DNA of 64,000 bases. Source: an uncultured Gammaproteobacteria bacterium (lineage in GTDB: Bacteria; Patescibacteriota; Microgenomatia; UBA8517). The stretch is from positions 3,934 through 67,933 of the forward strand of contig CAZYCE010000004.1 of the NCBI GenBank assembly GCA_964645605.1, in the 5' to 3' direction. Shown piece after piece: positions 37,533-45,819 of the stretch. Numbering within the stretch: the first letter of the stretch is position 1; the number at the start of each line of letters is the position of its first letter. Position numbers and translations under genes: made by a program. The notes under the pieces are model-generated. The model had not been told where the DNA came from. It searched no databases and saw only the letters and a list, made by a program, of their open reading frames with translations.

Positions 37533-37727
37533 GTGTTTATAATTAAAAAGAAAAAAGGAGAAAGCGATGACAAGCTTATTGCCCGCTTTCGCAAAAAAAC
37601 CATAACTGAGGGCGTGATGCAGGAGTATCGCGACCGCGAACACTACAAAAAACCGTCCGAAAGAAGGAAAGAGGACAAGTACCGCATCGCCCACTCTATC
37701 GAGCTTGAGAAGAAGAGAAGCTACTGA
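37533..37727 (+). CDS. rpsU: 30S ribosomal protein S21
   Basis: 64 aa, basic; EHYKKPSERRKE matches the S21 C-terminus. Confidence 0.75.
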   Translation: MFIIKKKKGESDDKLIARFRKKTITEGVMQEYRDREHYKKPSERRKEDKYRIAHSIELEKKRSY

Positions 37728-38541
37728 GCCAAGTTCCCACAAATTTTTTTCTGTGAAGTCTTGTTGACCCGTATTTTTTTATGGCTTCCCGATGTATTTT
37801 TGTACCGTAACCTTTATTTATATCCCAATGATATTTTCCGTACTTGAGTTTTTTAGACAGATTAGTCATTAACTTATCCCTATAAACCTTTGCAATAATT
37901 GAGGCTGCCGCGATCGAGAGGGATTTAGTATCCCCTTTTATTATTGGGGTCTGATTTTTGCGTCTTAATCCCCTTACGTAAGGTACATAAAAGGCATCTA
38001 TCAAAAGATAATCTATACGCCTATTGCAATTTTTTATTGCCCGTCTGAAAGCCGTTTCTGTGGCTTTTTTAATTCCAAACTTATTAATTTCGCCTACACT
38101 CGCCTTCCCGATTCCGTAGCAAAGCGCGTTTCTTTTTATCCAAAATGAAGAAATCTCCCTCTGTGCCGGATTCATTTTTTTGGAGTCATTGATAATTATC
38201 TGCGGCGGGTCCTGCCGCTCGTCAACCCCAAGTCCCTTCCGCCGCCTAACAAGCTTGGGGTCCCTTACTTGGGGCTCCCCGACTCGCGTCACCCGCTCAA
38301 TTTTCGATTTACTGAAAATTGATTGATAATTGTTAATTTGAGCGAAGGCTACTGCCGCAGCAACCACAGGTCCCGCAAAAGAACCTCTTCCAACCTCATC
38401 AACACCGGCAACTACACCATAACCTTTCTTGTGAGCTTTATTTTCAAAGGAAAAATCAGGGGACTCATTTTTTAATCCTTTTTTTATATTTTTCCGGGTA
38501 GTTATCATAAAGGAAGATTGACAGGCTATCGGCAATTTCAT
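37696..38541 (-). CDS. rnhB: ribonuclease HII with an about 30-aa GC-rich in-frame insertion
   Basis: VAGVDEVGRGSFAGPVVAAAV catalytic motif; DSKK and AASIIAK motifs; extra segment RVGEPQVRDPKLVRRRKGLGVDERQDPPQ encoded by GC-rich DNA. Confidence 0.8.
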   Translation of the reverse strand: MKLPIACQSSFMITTRKNIKKGLKNESPDFSFENKAHKKGYGVVAGVDEVGRGSFAGPVVAAAVAFAQINNYQSIFSKSKIERVTRVGEPQVRDPKLVRRRKGLGVDERQDPPQIIINDSKKMNPAQREISSFWIKRNALCYGIGKASVGEINKFGIKKATETAFRRAIKNCNRRIDYLLIDAFYVPYVRGLRRKNQTPIIKGDTKSLSIAAASIIAKVYRDKLMTNLSKKLKYGKYHWDINKGYGTKIHREAIKKYGSTRLHRKKFVGTWLSSFSSSQAR

Positions 38542-38860
38542 CCCTATCTCTAGTGGACATTACACCAAGACCTACGCTAGTTCTTATTTGTGAATTACTT
38601 TCTACTACTTTTCTGGCCAAAGTTAGATGTCCGATTCCGGCCAAATAGTACTGAAAGCAAGCCTCTTTCAAATTCATCGTGGCTTTTTCCTCAATTTGCT
38701 CCCAGTAATCTGTATCCGAAACACCAAACACGTCTTCGGGATATGTGCTTTTTAAACCTACTAAAACAGACTCCCAAGAGCCCTCTGCGAGCCTAAATCT
38801 GGGTTTCTTTTCATTTTCAAATCTGGTGCGTCTTTCTCCCTTTTCTGCCGTCATGGCCAA
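38465..38860 (-). CDS. hypothetical protein
   Basis: 131-aa ORF whose 3' end overlaps the annotated rnhB N-terminus; function unknown. Confidence 0.3.
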   Translation of the reverse strand: MAMTAEKGERRTRFENEKKPRFRLAEGSWESVLVGLKSTYPEDVFGVSDTDYWEQIEEKATMNLKEACFQYYLAGIGHLTLARKVVESNSQIRTSVGLGVMSTRDRDEIADSLSIFLYDNYPEKYKKRIKK

Positions 38861-38924
38861 TTATAACATTCAAATACAATATATCTTGTGCGCTCAGGAA
38901 TAATTTGATACAATTCACATCTAG

Positions 38925-39110
38925 ATGAAATCCGTAGTTACTTTCTTTTCAGAAGTAAAAAGCGAACTTTCCAAAGTTACCTGGCCAAAGAAAGACGAAG
39001 CCGTAAGGCTTACGAGCATTGTTATTCTAGTCTCTGTGATAGTCGGATTGTATGTAGGCGGATTTGATTATCTGTTTACAACCCTATTAACAAAATTATT
39101 AACTAAATGA
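38925..39110 (+). CDS. secE: preprotein translocase subunit SecE
   Basis: 61 aa with a single C-terminal TM helix; EVKSELSKVTWP motif; 4-nt overlap with nusG. Confidence 0.8.
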   Translation: MKSVVTFFSEVKSELSKVTWPKKDEAVRLTSIVILVSVIVGLYVGGFDYLFTTLLTKLLTK

Positions 39111-39736
39111 ACGACGACGCAAAACAGCCTGAAAATGTAGCAGGAGTTGCCGAACGCGGCATTGGAGGCAAAAAAATCCAAGGCCACATGGTCATCTCTC
39201 AAACCACCGATCCCAAGGCTAAATGGTATGTGGTTCACACATCTTCAGGGCATGAGGTTCGCGTCATGGATACTCTCAGGCAGAGGGTTGAAACAATGAA
39301 TTTGGAAGGCAGGGTTTTCGAGATGCTTGTGCCAACCCAAGACAGAGTCATCATCAGGAGCGGCAAAAAGGCTACAATCAAAGAGAAAATTTTCCCCGGG
39401 TACCTGCTTGTCAAAATGATATTGGATGACCCGACCTGGCTGGCGGTAAGGACCACGGCCGGAATTACAGGATTCGTCGGAGCAGGAAATAAACCCACAC
39501 CCCTATCTGAAGCGGAAGTTGCCAATATTCAAAAGTTTATAAGCTCCCCGGCCCCGAGATTTAAAACTAAATTCAGTATTGGTGAAGCCGTTAAAATAGT
39601 CGACGGTCCTTTTTCCGATTTTCTTGGAACGATCCATGAAATGGATGAAGAAAAAGGCAAGGTTAAAGTCTTGGTTTCCATTTTCGGGCGAGAAACTCCG
39701 GTAGAGCTGGATTTCTTACAAATACAAAAAGTTTAA
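39107..39736 (+). CDS. nusG: transcription termination/antitermination factor NusG
   Basis: NGN domain (KWYVVHTSSGHE); C-terminal KOW (GEAVKIVDGPFSDFLGTI). Confidence 0.9.
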   Translation: MNDDAKQPENVAGVAERGIGGKKIQGHMVISQTTDPKAKWYVVHTSSGHEVRVMDTLRQRVETMNLEGRVFEMLVPTQDRVIIRSGKKATIKEKIFPGYLLVKMILDDPTWLAVRTTAGITGFVGAGNKPTPLSEAEVANIQKFISSPAPRFKTKFSIGEAVKIVDGPFSDFLGTIHEMDEEKGKVKVLVSIFGRETPVELDFLQIQKV

Positions 39737-39790
39737 TGACTTTTTGACCTTAAAGGGTGATAAAAGGTTTAACAATTTCCATAAATTAAA

Positions 39791-39991
39791 ATGCAAGAAC
39801 GAGATCTAGCAGACAGAAGTATTTTAGAAATTTACTATCAACTTGGAAAAGTCTCCTCCCATAGCGGTATAAAACCTATCGAAGCAATTCAAGAAATAAT
39901 AAAGTCGGATCCGGAAAAACAAGCCGTATTTTTGGAAGGTGCCGCCGAAGGACAAAGGTTAAAAGAGGAAGAGGAATTTCAAGGAAAGTAA
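39791..39991 (+). CDS. hypothetical small protein
   Basis: 66-aa ORF only. Confidence 0.2.
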   Translation: MQERDLADRSILEIYYQLGKVSSHSGIKPIEAIQEIIKSDPEKQAVFLEGAAEGQRLKEEEEFQGK

Positions 39992-40002
39992 CGAAAGAAC
40001 AA

Positions 40003-40659
40003 TCACTTCAAATCAACAGCCCTGCTGTCACAAACGTAGCCCTGTATGTGGAACATATTGTTCTCCAATATACCAACCGCCAATCCTTGCCCAAATTTAG
40101 ACACACTTAGTGAATTATTTTTCGAATAATTTTTATTCTCTTCTAACGGAGGATTATCTATTCCATAATTTTGTGCAGCACGACCGTTTACAATTACTTT
40201 TATGGCGTAAAGCCTATTAGAGGTACCCAGATCTTCTCTCCCGGAATCGTTAATTAGATTTCCGTTTGTTGTTGGGTATACTCCAACTCTAATTTCTTCA
40301 TTTAAGATTTCACTCTTACCCTCAACTTTATAAAGAGTTGGGTCGGTTATTTCCCCCAATATTCTTACAACTTCGGCCCCTTCTTCAAACGGCTTAACAA
40401 CTTGATCCTCACCTCTTTTGCGTATTTGCAATTTGTCCGTAAACTCAGTTGGATAGACAATCACAATTTCTTTTGCCTCTCCGCTAATGTTTAGTGGAAC
40501 CTTATCGTAATTACCAACTTCTTTAAATGATAACTCCGGTTTTTTCGAAGACTCCGGAGCACAGGCCGACAGTGCGGTAGCCGTCGCACCAATGCCTAAA
40601 AGTCTTAAAAACCCCCTTCTGGTCATTTTTGTTGGTTCGTTGTTTACTCCTTCCGACAT
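40003..40659 (-). CDS. Tat-signal lipoprotein of unknown function
   Basis: Twin-arginine motif TRRGFLRLLGIGATATA followed by lipobox LSAC; mature part about 190 aa with no known domain. Confidence 0.55.
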   Translation of the reverse strand: MSEGVNNEPTKMTRRGFLRLLGIGATATALSACAPESSKKPELSFKEVGNYDKVPLNISGEAKEIVIVYPTEFTDKLQIRKRGEDQVVKPFEEGAEVVRILGEITDPTLYKVEGKSEILNEEIRVGVYPTTNGNLINDSGREDLGTSNRLYAIKVIVNGRAAQNYGIDNPPLEENKNYSKNNSLSVSKFGQGLAVGILENNMFHIQGYVCDSRAVDLK

Positions 40660-40660
40660 A

Positions 40661-40879
40661 TTATTTGCTCTTTTCCTGAGGCGCAGGCATACCCGTAACG
40701 ACTACTTTATAGACATCCGCCACTGTTTGGCCTTTCTCATTCTTTCTTAAATTGTCCAGCGAAATACCCTTTTGTTCCGCCGCCTTTATGAGATTTAAGG
40801 TTGGGGTTGCACCTATAACCGCACCTTTTGCCACGGGGAGAACCCAATTGACTTTCTCCGCTTTTCCTTCTTCAGACAT
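40661..40879 (-). CDS. hypothetical small protein, co-oriented with the Tat lipoprotein (2-nt gap)
   Basis: 72-aa ORF; no motif. Confidence 0.3.
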   Translation of the reverse strand: MSEEGKAEKVNWVLPVAKGAVIGATPTLNLIKAAEQKGISLDNLRKNEKGQTVADVYKVVVTGMPAPQEKSK

Positions 40880-41041
40880 GCTTTTATTCTACACACAGTT
40901 CTCACTTTACTCAACTGCGATTCTCTTATATAATACTCATACCTCGGTTAATCTGAGGCAGACTGACCAAGTCGAAAGCTTCGCAACAAGTTACTCTCTT
41001 TCGCTTGGAATTTCTAAATTCTAATTTCTGATAACCAAAGT

Positions 41042-41464
41042 ATGGCAAAAAAAGTTAAAACAGTAGTCAAAATTAATCTTAAGGCAGCCGAGGCTACACC
41101 TGCTCCTCCGGTAGGAACAGCATTGGGACAGCACGGTGTCGCCATCATGGATTTTGTAAAGCAGTATAATGACAAAACTGCCGAAATGAAGGGTCAGATT
41201 GTTCCCGCAGTCATTACCATTTACGAAGACAGAAGCTTTGACTTTATTATTAAAAAAGCTCCCGTATCGGACATGATTAAAAAGACTTTAGGTATAGAAA
41301 AAGGTTCGGGAAAAATGCCCGCAGAAGTCGCCGGAACCCTGACTCGTGACCAGGTTAGAAAAATTGCCGAGGAAAAATTGGTTGATTTAAATACCGCAAA
41401 TGTTGAGGCGGCCATGAAAATTGTTGAAGGTACTGCCAGAAGCATGGGAGTAAAGGTGGAATAA
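41042..41464 (+). CDS. rplK: 50S ribosomal protein L11
   Basis: MAKKV...INLKAAEATPAPPVGTALGQHGV signature. Confidence 0.95.
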   Translation: MAKKVKTVVKINLKAAEATPAPPVGTALGQHGVAIMDFVKQYNDKTAEMKGQIVPAVITIYEDRSFDFIIKKAPVSDMIKKTLGIEKGSGKMPAEVAGTLTRDQVRKIAEEKLVDLNTANVEAAMKIVEGTARSMGVKVE

Positions 41465-41542
41465 AAATCATATAAAATTCTGCAGAAAATGTTAAACGAT
41501 TCGAAGAATCTCTAAGAATGAATTTCATATAACATTAAAAAT

Positions 41543-42340
41543 ATGGGAAAAATGAAAACCGCCATTGTTGGCGAAAGCAAAAACCAAGAAAAACACGACA
41601 AAGCCCACAAAGCCGATGCCGAAAAAGTCCATATAGCAGGACTTAAGGGTGGCGAGCGCGTAAAAATCGTTGAGGCTGCACCTACCGAAGAATCTCCGAT
41701 AGTGGAAGAAGGCGAAATTGGAAAAGTCTCACAAAAAACCAAGAAAATTGAAAGAGTTAGGGGAAAAAAATATGTTGAGGCAAAAAGTAAACTTGACCAC
41801 GAAAAGTTTCACAAAATATCCGAGGCCGTAAAGCTTGTAAAAGAAACCTCATATTCGAAATTTGACGGAACGATGGAGCTTCATATTGTTGTTAAAAAAA
41901 TCGGAACTTCAGTACAGGTCACACTTCCCCATCAAGCCGGAAAATCCAAAAAGGTCGAGGTTGCCAATGACGACACAATCGCAAAACTAAAGACCGGGAA
42001 AATTGATTTTGACATACTGGTTGCAAGCCCCGATATGATGCCCAAACTTGTTCCTTTTGCAAGACTTCTCGGGCCAAAGGGACTTATGCCTAACCCCAAA
42101 AACGGTACTTTGGTAAATGATCCAAAAAAACTTAAATCATTTTCGGCTGCAACGGTTACATTAAAAACGGAAAGAGAAGCCCCTCTTATTCACACGGTTG
42201 TCGGTAAGGTTAGCCAAAAGGACGAAGAAATTATAGAAAATATAGAGTCTATCATTAGGGCTCTTGGCGGAGACAAGGGAATTGTCCGAGCCTTTCTGAA
42301 AGCAACAATGAGTCCAGTAGCAAAAATTAGTCTAAAATAA
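41543..42340 (+). CDS. rplA: 50S ribosomal protein L1 with an about 60-aa Lys/Glu-rich N-terminal extension
   Basis: The L1 core begins around KKYVEAKSKLDHEKF; preceding residues have no counterpart in canonical L1. Confidence 0.85.
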   Translation: MGKMKTAIVGESKNQEKHDKAHKADAEKVHIAGLKGGERVKIVEAAPTEESPIVEEGEIGKVSQKTKKIERVRGKKYVEAKSKLDHEKFHKISEAVKLVKETSYSKFDGTMELHIVVKKIGTSVQVTLPHQAGKSKKVEVANDDTIAKLKTGKIDFDILVASPDMMPKLVPFARLLGPKGLMPNPKNGTLVNDPKKLKSFSAATVTLKTEREAPLIHTVVGKVSQKDEEIIENIESIIRALGGDKGIVRAFLKATMSPVAKISLK

Positions 42341-42344
42341 TAGC

Positions 42345-42605
42345 ATGCCTGAAAATTCGGCAAGTTTACCAAAGCCCCAGTGGATGGATCACGAGAAAGA
42401 AAGGCTTTCTAACCTCGATAATAAAGTTCCCCCCAGGCCTAAGCGCCCCACAACGGAAGAGACGGCTCTAAAACAGTTGAAAAGCTATGTAATAAAAAAC
42501 CATTTGGATAGCGATCCCAAGCTTGTTCCCGATAGTTTTGATGGGCCGGATAAAGTAAATAGAGAAACGATTCATAGGATCATTGAAAAAGTTAATCGAA
42601 TCTGA
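42345..42605 (+). CDS. hypothetical protein inserted between rplA and rplJ
   Basis: 86-aa ORF starting 5 nt after rplA; Pro/charged-rich; no motif. Confidence 0.3.
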   Translation: MPENSASLPKPQWMDHEKERLSNLDNKVPPRPKRPTTEETALKQLKSYVIKNHLDSDPKLVPDSFDGPDKVNRETIHRIIEKVNRI

Positions 42606-42699
42606 TCCTTGATTGAAAGAATGATTGGTTATATAATTGCGCTTACCTAAGAAAGTACGCATACAATTAAGTCGTACCGAGGAATAAACGCTTTGAAAC

Positions 42700-42728
42700 A
42701 AGCGCCCTCGATGGGCGCGTTTTTTTTA
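42700..42728 (+). promoter_or_regulatory. rplJ (L10) leader attenuator/terminator-like hairpin GCGCCC-ucgau-GGGCGC followed by U8
   Basis: Perfect 6-bp GC stem plus T-run, 12 nt before the rplJ start. Confidence 0.5.
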
Positions 42729-42739
42729 GGTAGAAAAAC

Positions 42740-43264
42740 ATGTTGAAAGCAGAAAAAGTATTTTTTGTAGATAACTTAAAGGCAGAATTAAAAGACGCTA
42801 AATCAGTCGTCTTGGTTAACTATGCAGGACTTGCCGTTAAGCCCCAACAGGAACTTAAAAGAAGACTCTCCGAAGTCGGCGGAAAAATGATTGTAGTTAA
42901 AAACACACTTCTCTCACGAGCGGCAGAAACAGCCGGTTTTAATAACAAAGATTTGAAGGAAGGTATTTTGACAGGACAAACTGCCTTAATCATTGCAACT
43001 GACGATCCTATCGCCCCAATCCAAATTCTCGGTAAATTTGCAAAAGAATTTGAAGTACCGAAATTCAAAGTTGGAATGGTTGATGGGTCATTCCAAGATT
43101 CTGCCTCTCTATCTCAAATATCAAATCTCCCCAACCGAGATGCTCTTTTGGGGCAGTTCCTTGGAACTTTGATGGGAGCTCAATATGGACTTGTCGGAAC
43201 ATTGAATGCAAATTTACAAAAATTAGTATATGTCCTTAGCGAGGCAAGCAAGAAAAAACAGTGA
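42740..43264 (+). CDS. rplJ: 50S ribosomal protein L10
   Basis: L10 family similarity (KVFFVDNLKAELKDAKSVVLVNYAGL...). Confidence 0.9.
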   Translation: MLKAEKVFFVDNLKAELKDAKSVVLVNYAGLAVKPQQELKRRLSEVGGKMIVVKNTLLSRAAETAGFNNKDLKEGILTGQTALIIATDDPIAPIQILGKFAKEFEVPKFKVGMVDGSFQDSASLSQISNLPNRDALLGQFLGTLMGAQYGLVGTLNANLQKLVYVLSEASKKKQ

Positions 43265-43345
43265 GGAGGCTTGCCTCTCCGAAGCCCGAATGGATTACCA
43301 TCCTTCGCTAACGGCCTCGGAAAGGCGAAGGGAGGTGAATAAATA

Positions 43346-43753
43346 ATGACGCAAGATTCAAAAAAAGCATCAGAAAAAGTTGAGAAAATAGTTGAGGATG
43401 TATCCAAACTTTCCGTTTTGGAACTTTCTGAACTGGTCGCATCTTTGCAGGACAAACTTGGTGTGACAGCCTCTATGCCGGTTGCAGCAGCAGCTCCGGT
43501 GGCAGCGGCAGGAGAAGCCCCGGCAGAAGACACAGGAAGTGCCAACAAAACAGTTGTCATGATCGATTCCGGTGCAAATAAAATTGCAGTTATTAAGGCT
43601 TTAAGGGAGATTGATCCCAACTTAACCTTGATGGATGCAAAAGGTATGACCGATACGGTACCCGCTGAAGTTTTGAAAGATGCTAAAGCAGAAGATGCTA
43701 AGGCAGCTTCCGATAAACTTGTAGCTGCAGGTGCTAAAGTGGAACTCAAATAA
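43346..43753 (+). CDS. rplL: 50S ribosomal protein L7/L12
   Basis: N-terminal dimerisation helix; Ala/Pro-rich hinge; C-terminal domain KVVEL-like. Confidence 0.9.
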   Translation: MTQDSKKASEKVEKIVEDVSKLSVLELSELVASLQDKLGVTASMPVAAAAPVAAAGEAPAEDTGSANKTVVMIDSGANKIAVIKALREIDPNLTLMDAKGMTDTVPAEVLKDAKAEDAKAASDKLVAAGAKVELK

Positions 43754-43783
43754 AAGTTTAATTTTACTGAGCTCTACAACAGA

Positions 43784-43812
43784 GAATCCCGCTTAAAGAG
43801 CGGGATTTTTTG
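43784..43812 (+). terminator. intrinsic terminator after rplL (AAUCCCGCU-uaaag-AGCGGGAUU + U6)
   Basis: 9-bp perfect stem plus T-run; could also terminate the convergent minus-strand ATP-grasp operon. Confidence 0.7.
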
Positions 43813-43946
43813 TTAGACATTAAGCGACACTTCGTAAAATATTCGGAGTGTGAAAAGTTAGATAATAATCTGACAGCGAGAACATAAAAAAGACTCGAAA
43901 AGTATATTTTATACCGCAAATACGAATCAAAAACTGGTTGTATATT

Positions 43947-44891
43947 TTATTGATTAAGTTTACTTTTAAAACTTTTTATTAGAGCCTGTAAAAAAACATC
44001 CCTATTTTTCATTTCCCATTTTGGAAAACCCATTTGATCATTTATTTCGAATATGCGCGGTTTCCCGGTCTTATCGACTCCAAAATCTAAGCTATAAATC
44101 GGGTTATTAAACCTTTCGGAAAAGACTGACGATACTTCGTTTACAGCCTTTTTGATAGACGTGGGCACCCTTTCATAATCAATTTCAGTAAGACTCCCGC
44201 CCTGCGCAGCATTGGCCAATAAACTACCGGACGCCGGCACTCTCACATGGCACCAGACGGGCTTGCCATTGACTATTACAACGCGTAAATCGTGCGTTCC
44301 AGGAGCAATGCCGGGTATTCCCCCGCTGGTATCAATAAACTCTTGAGCAATGTAGTGTGAATATTTTTCATCAAACTTAAAGCTTAAAGCTTCCTGTTTT
44401 GATCCGATAAAAATACCCAGTCCTTTCAGACCGTTTAAAGGTTTGAGCACTGCGAGATCACTTTTTATTTGTGAAAGGATTTTTGGCAATTCTTTTTTGT
44501 CGTCAATGATAAAAGTTTGAGGTGTGTACTCGCCAATTAGCTTAGATGTTGCCCATTTATCCCAGGCAAGAATTTTAAATTCACGTTCGTTGACAACAAG
44601 GAGGTTGTCATCAGGAATCGGAAAGGAAATGCCGCCGGTTCTGTCATAAACCAGATCCAGTTTGACAGGCTCAAATATTTGAATGTATTCCCTATTTTTA
44701 AAACGCCAGACCCCTTTAAAAATTCCGTTTCCGTTATAGGTTTTTCTGGTTAAAACATATGTTTCCCAACCCTGAGACGCACAAAGTTCCAAGAGCCGTT
44801 CATACACGGGATACTTAGCGCCGATGTGCCCAAGTGGAGTAATCCCCGAGAAATCTCTGGAGAACACTATTCCAACTTTTTTTACCATCAT
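43947..44891 (-). CDS. ATP-grasp superfamily amidoligase (YheC/D- or RimK-related)
   Basis: ATP-grasp core motifs: VLKPLNGLKGLGI (P-loop-like), AQEFID, DLRVVIVNGKPV, FEINDQMGFP; stop/start overlap (ATGA) with the upstream gene. Confidence 0.65.
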   Translation of the reverse strand: MMVKKVGIVFSRDFSGITPLGHIGAKYPVYERLLELCASQGWETYVLTRKTYNGNGIFKGVWRFKNREYIQIFEPVKLDLVYDRTGGISFPIPDDNLLVVNEREFKILAWDKWATSKLIGEYTPQTFIIDDKKELPKILSQIKSDLAVLKPLNGLKGLGIFIGSKQEALSFKFDEKYSHYIAQEFIDTSGGIPGIAPGTHDLRVVIVNGKPVWCHVRVPASGSLLANAAQGGSLTEIDYERVPTSIKKAVNEVSSVFSERFNNPIYSLDFGVDKTGKPRIFEINDQMGFPKWEMKNRDVFLQALIKSFKSKLNQ

Positions 44892-45802
44892 TATTTTTCC
44901 AGTTCCTCCCTAAAATATTTTGCAATCTGATCGGGTTCTGTCGATCCTTCCGCCTCAAAACTAAAACCCGGCCCCCTGTTTACCTCAATCAGATAATACT
45001 TACCGGACTCAAAGTCCCGTGCGATATCAACACCGGCGATTTGAAGATTGAGTTTAACGGCTGCATCAATGGCTATCTTAGCAAGATCGGACGGAATTTT
45101 ATCTAACTCCAGAAATTCCTCTTTTGCTCCCAGAGAGACATTGTGCCTAAACTCTCCTTTAACTGTTAGGATCTTTTTCTCCCAAACTCCAACCTTTTGT
45201 CCCAAAACTAAAACTCTATATTCTTCTCCTAAGTTTTTATATTCCTGAAACAGAAATTGGTTGTCGGAACCGCTGTTACTTTTTGCAGGAAGATCTGCAA
45301 ATCCCTCAACCGAGTTGATTTTATAAACACCTTTTCCTTTTTGCATAGAAAGTTCTTTAGCTATGAGCGGAAAGCCCAGTTCCCTTGCTATTCGTTCTTT
45401 ATACTTATCTATTTGTTTCTGACGAACATAAATACTGTTGATTATTGGAAGTCCTAAGACGCTAAGCTTAACTAAAGATGTAAATTTACTTCCCAAAGGT
45501 CCTATTTCTCCCCAAGAAGTATCAATGAACTTGATCTTTTTGGCTTTTAGACAAATGGCCAGAGTAGCAGCCATAATAGAGAAACCCCCTCCAGCTCGTC
45601 TGAAGTATACCAAATCATAATCCGTAATCGGATTTCCACCTATTTCTACATAAATATCTTTATCGGAAATAGAAAAATATAAATCGGAAAATTCTGCCAA
45701 ATCGACATCAACATTTTTCCCCAACCTCCGGGACATTTCTCTAACAAATATTTCCTTTTTGAGTCCCCTTGTTCCGACAAGAACCAGTATTTTTTTCATC
45801 AT
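44891..45802 (-). CDS. RimK-like ATP-grasp alpha-L-glutamate-ligase family protein
   Basis: LIAKELSMQKGKGV, FLFQEY, YRVLVLG, AGVDI, YLIEVNRGPG: order and spacing as in RimK. Confidence 0.75.
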   Translation of the reverse strand: MMKKILVLVGTRGLKKEIFVREMSRRLGKNVDVDLAEFSDLYFSISDKDIYVEIGGNPITDYDLVYFRRAGGGFSIMAATLAICLKAKKIKFIDTSWGEIGPLGSKFTSLVKLSVLGLPIINSIYVRQKQIDKYKERIARELGFPLIAKELSMQKGKGVYKINSVEGFADLPAKSNSGSDNQFLFQEYKNLGEEYRVLVLGQKVGVWEKKILTVKGEFRHNVSLGAKEEFLELDKIPSDLAKIAIDAAVKLNLQIAGVDIARDFESGKYYLIEVNRGPGFSFEAEGSTEPDQIAKYFREELEK

Positions 45803-45819
45803 TTTTTGTAAACGCCAAC

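Noticed and set aside
43180-43749. 189-aa minus-strand ORF rich in Ala/Ser
   Set aside because: Entirely antisense to rplJ/rplL; its composition reflects the complementary strand of the Ala-rich L7/L12 gene; spurious.
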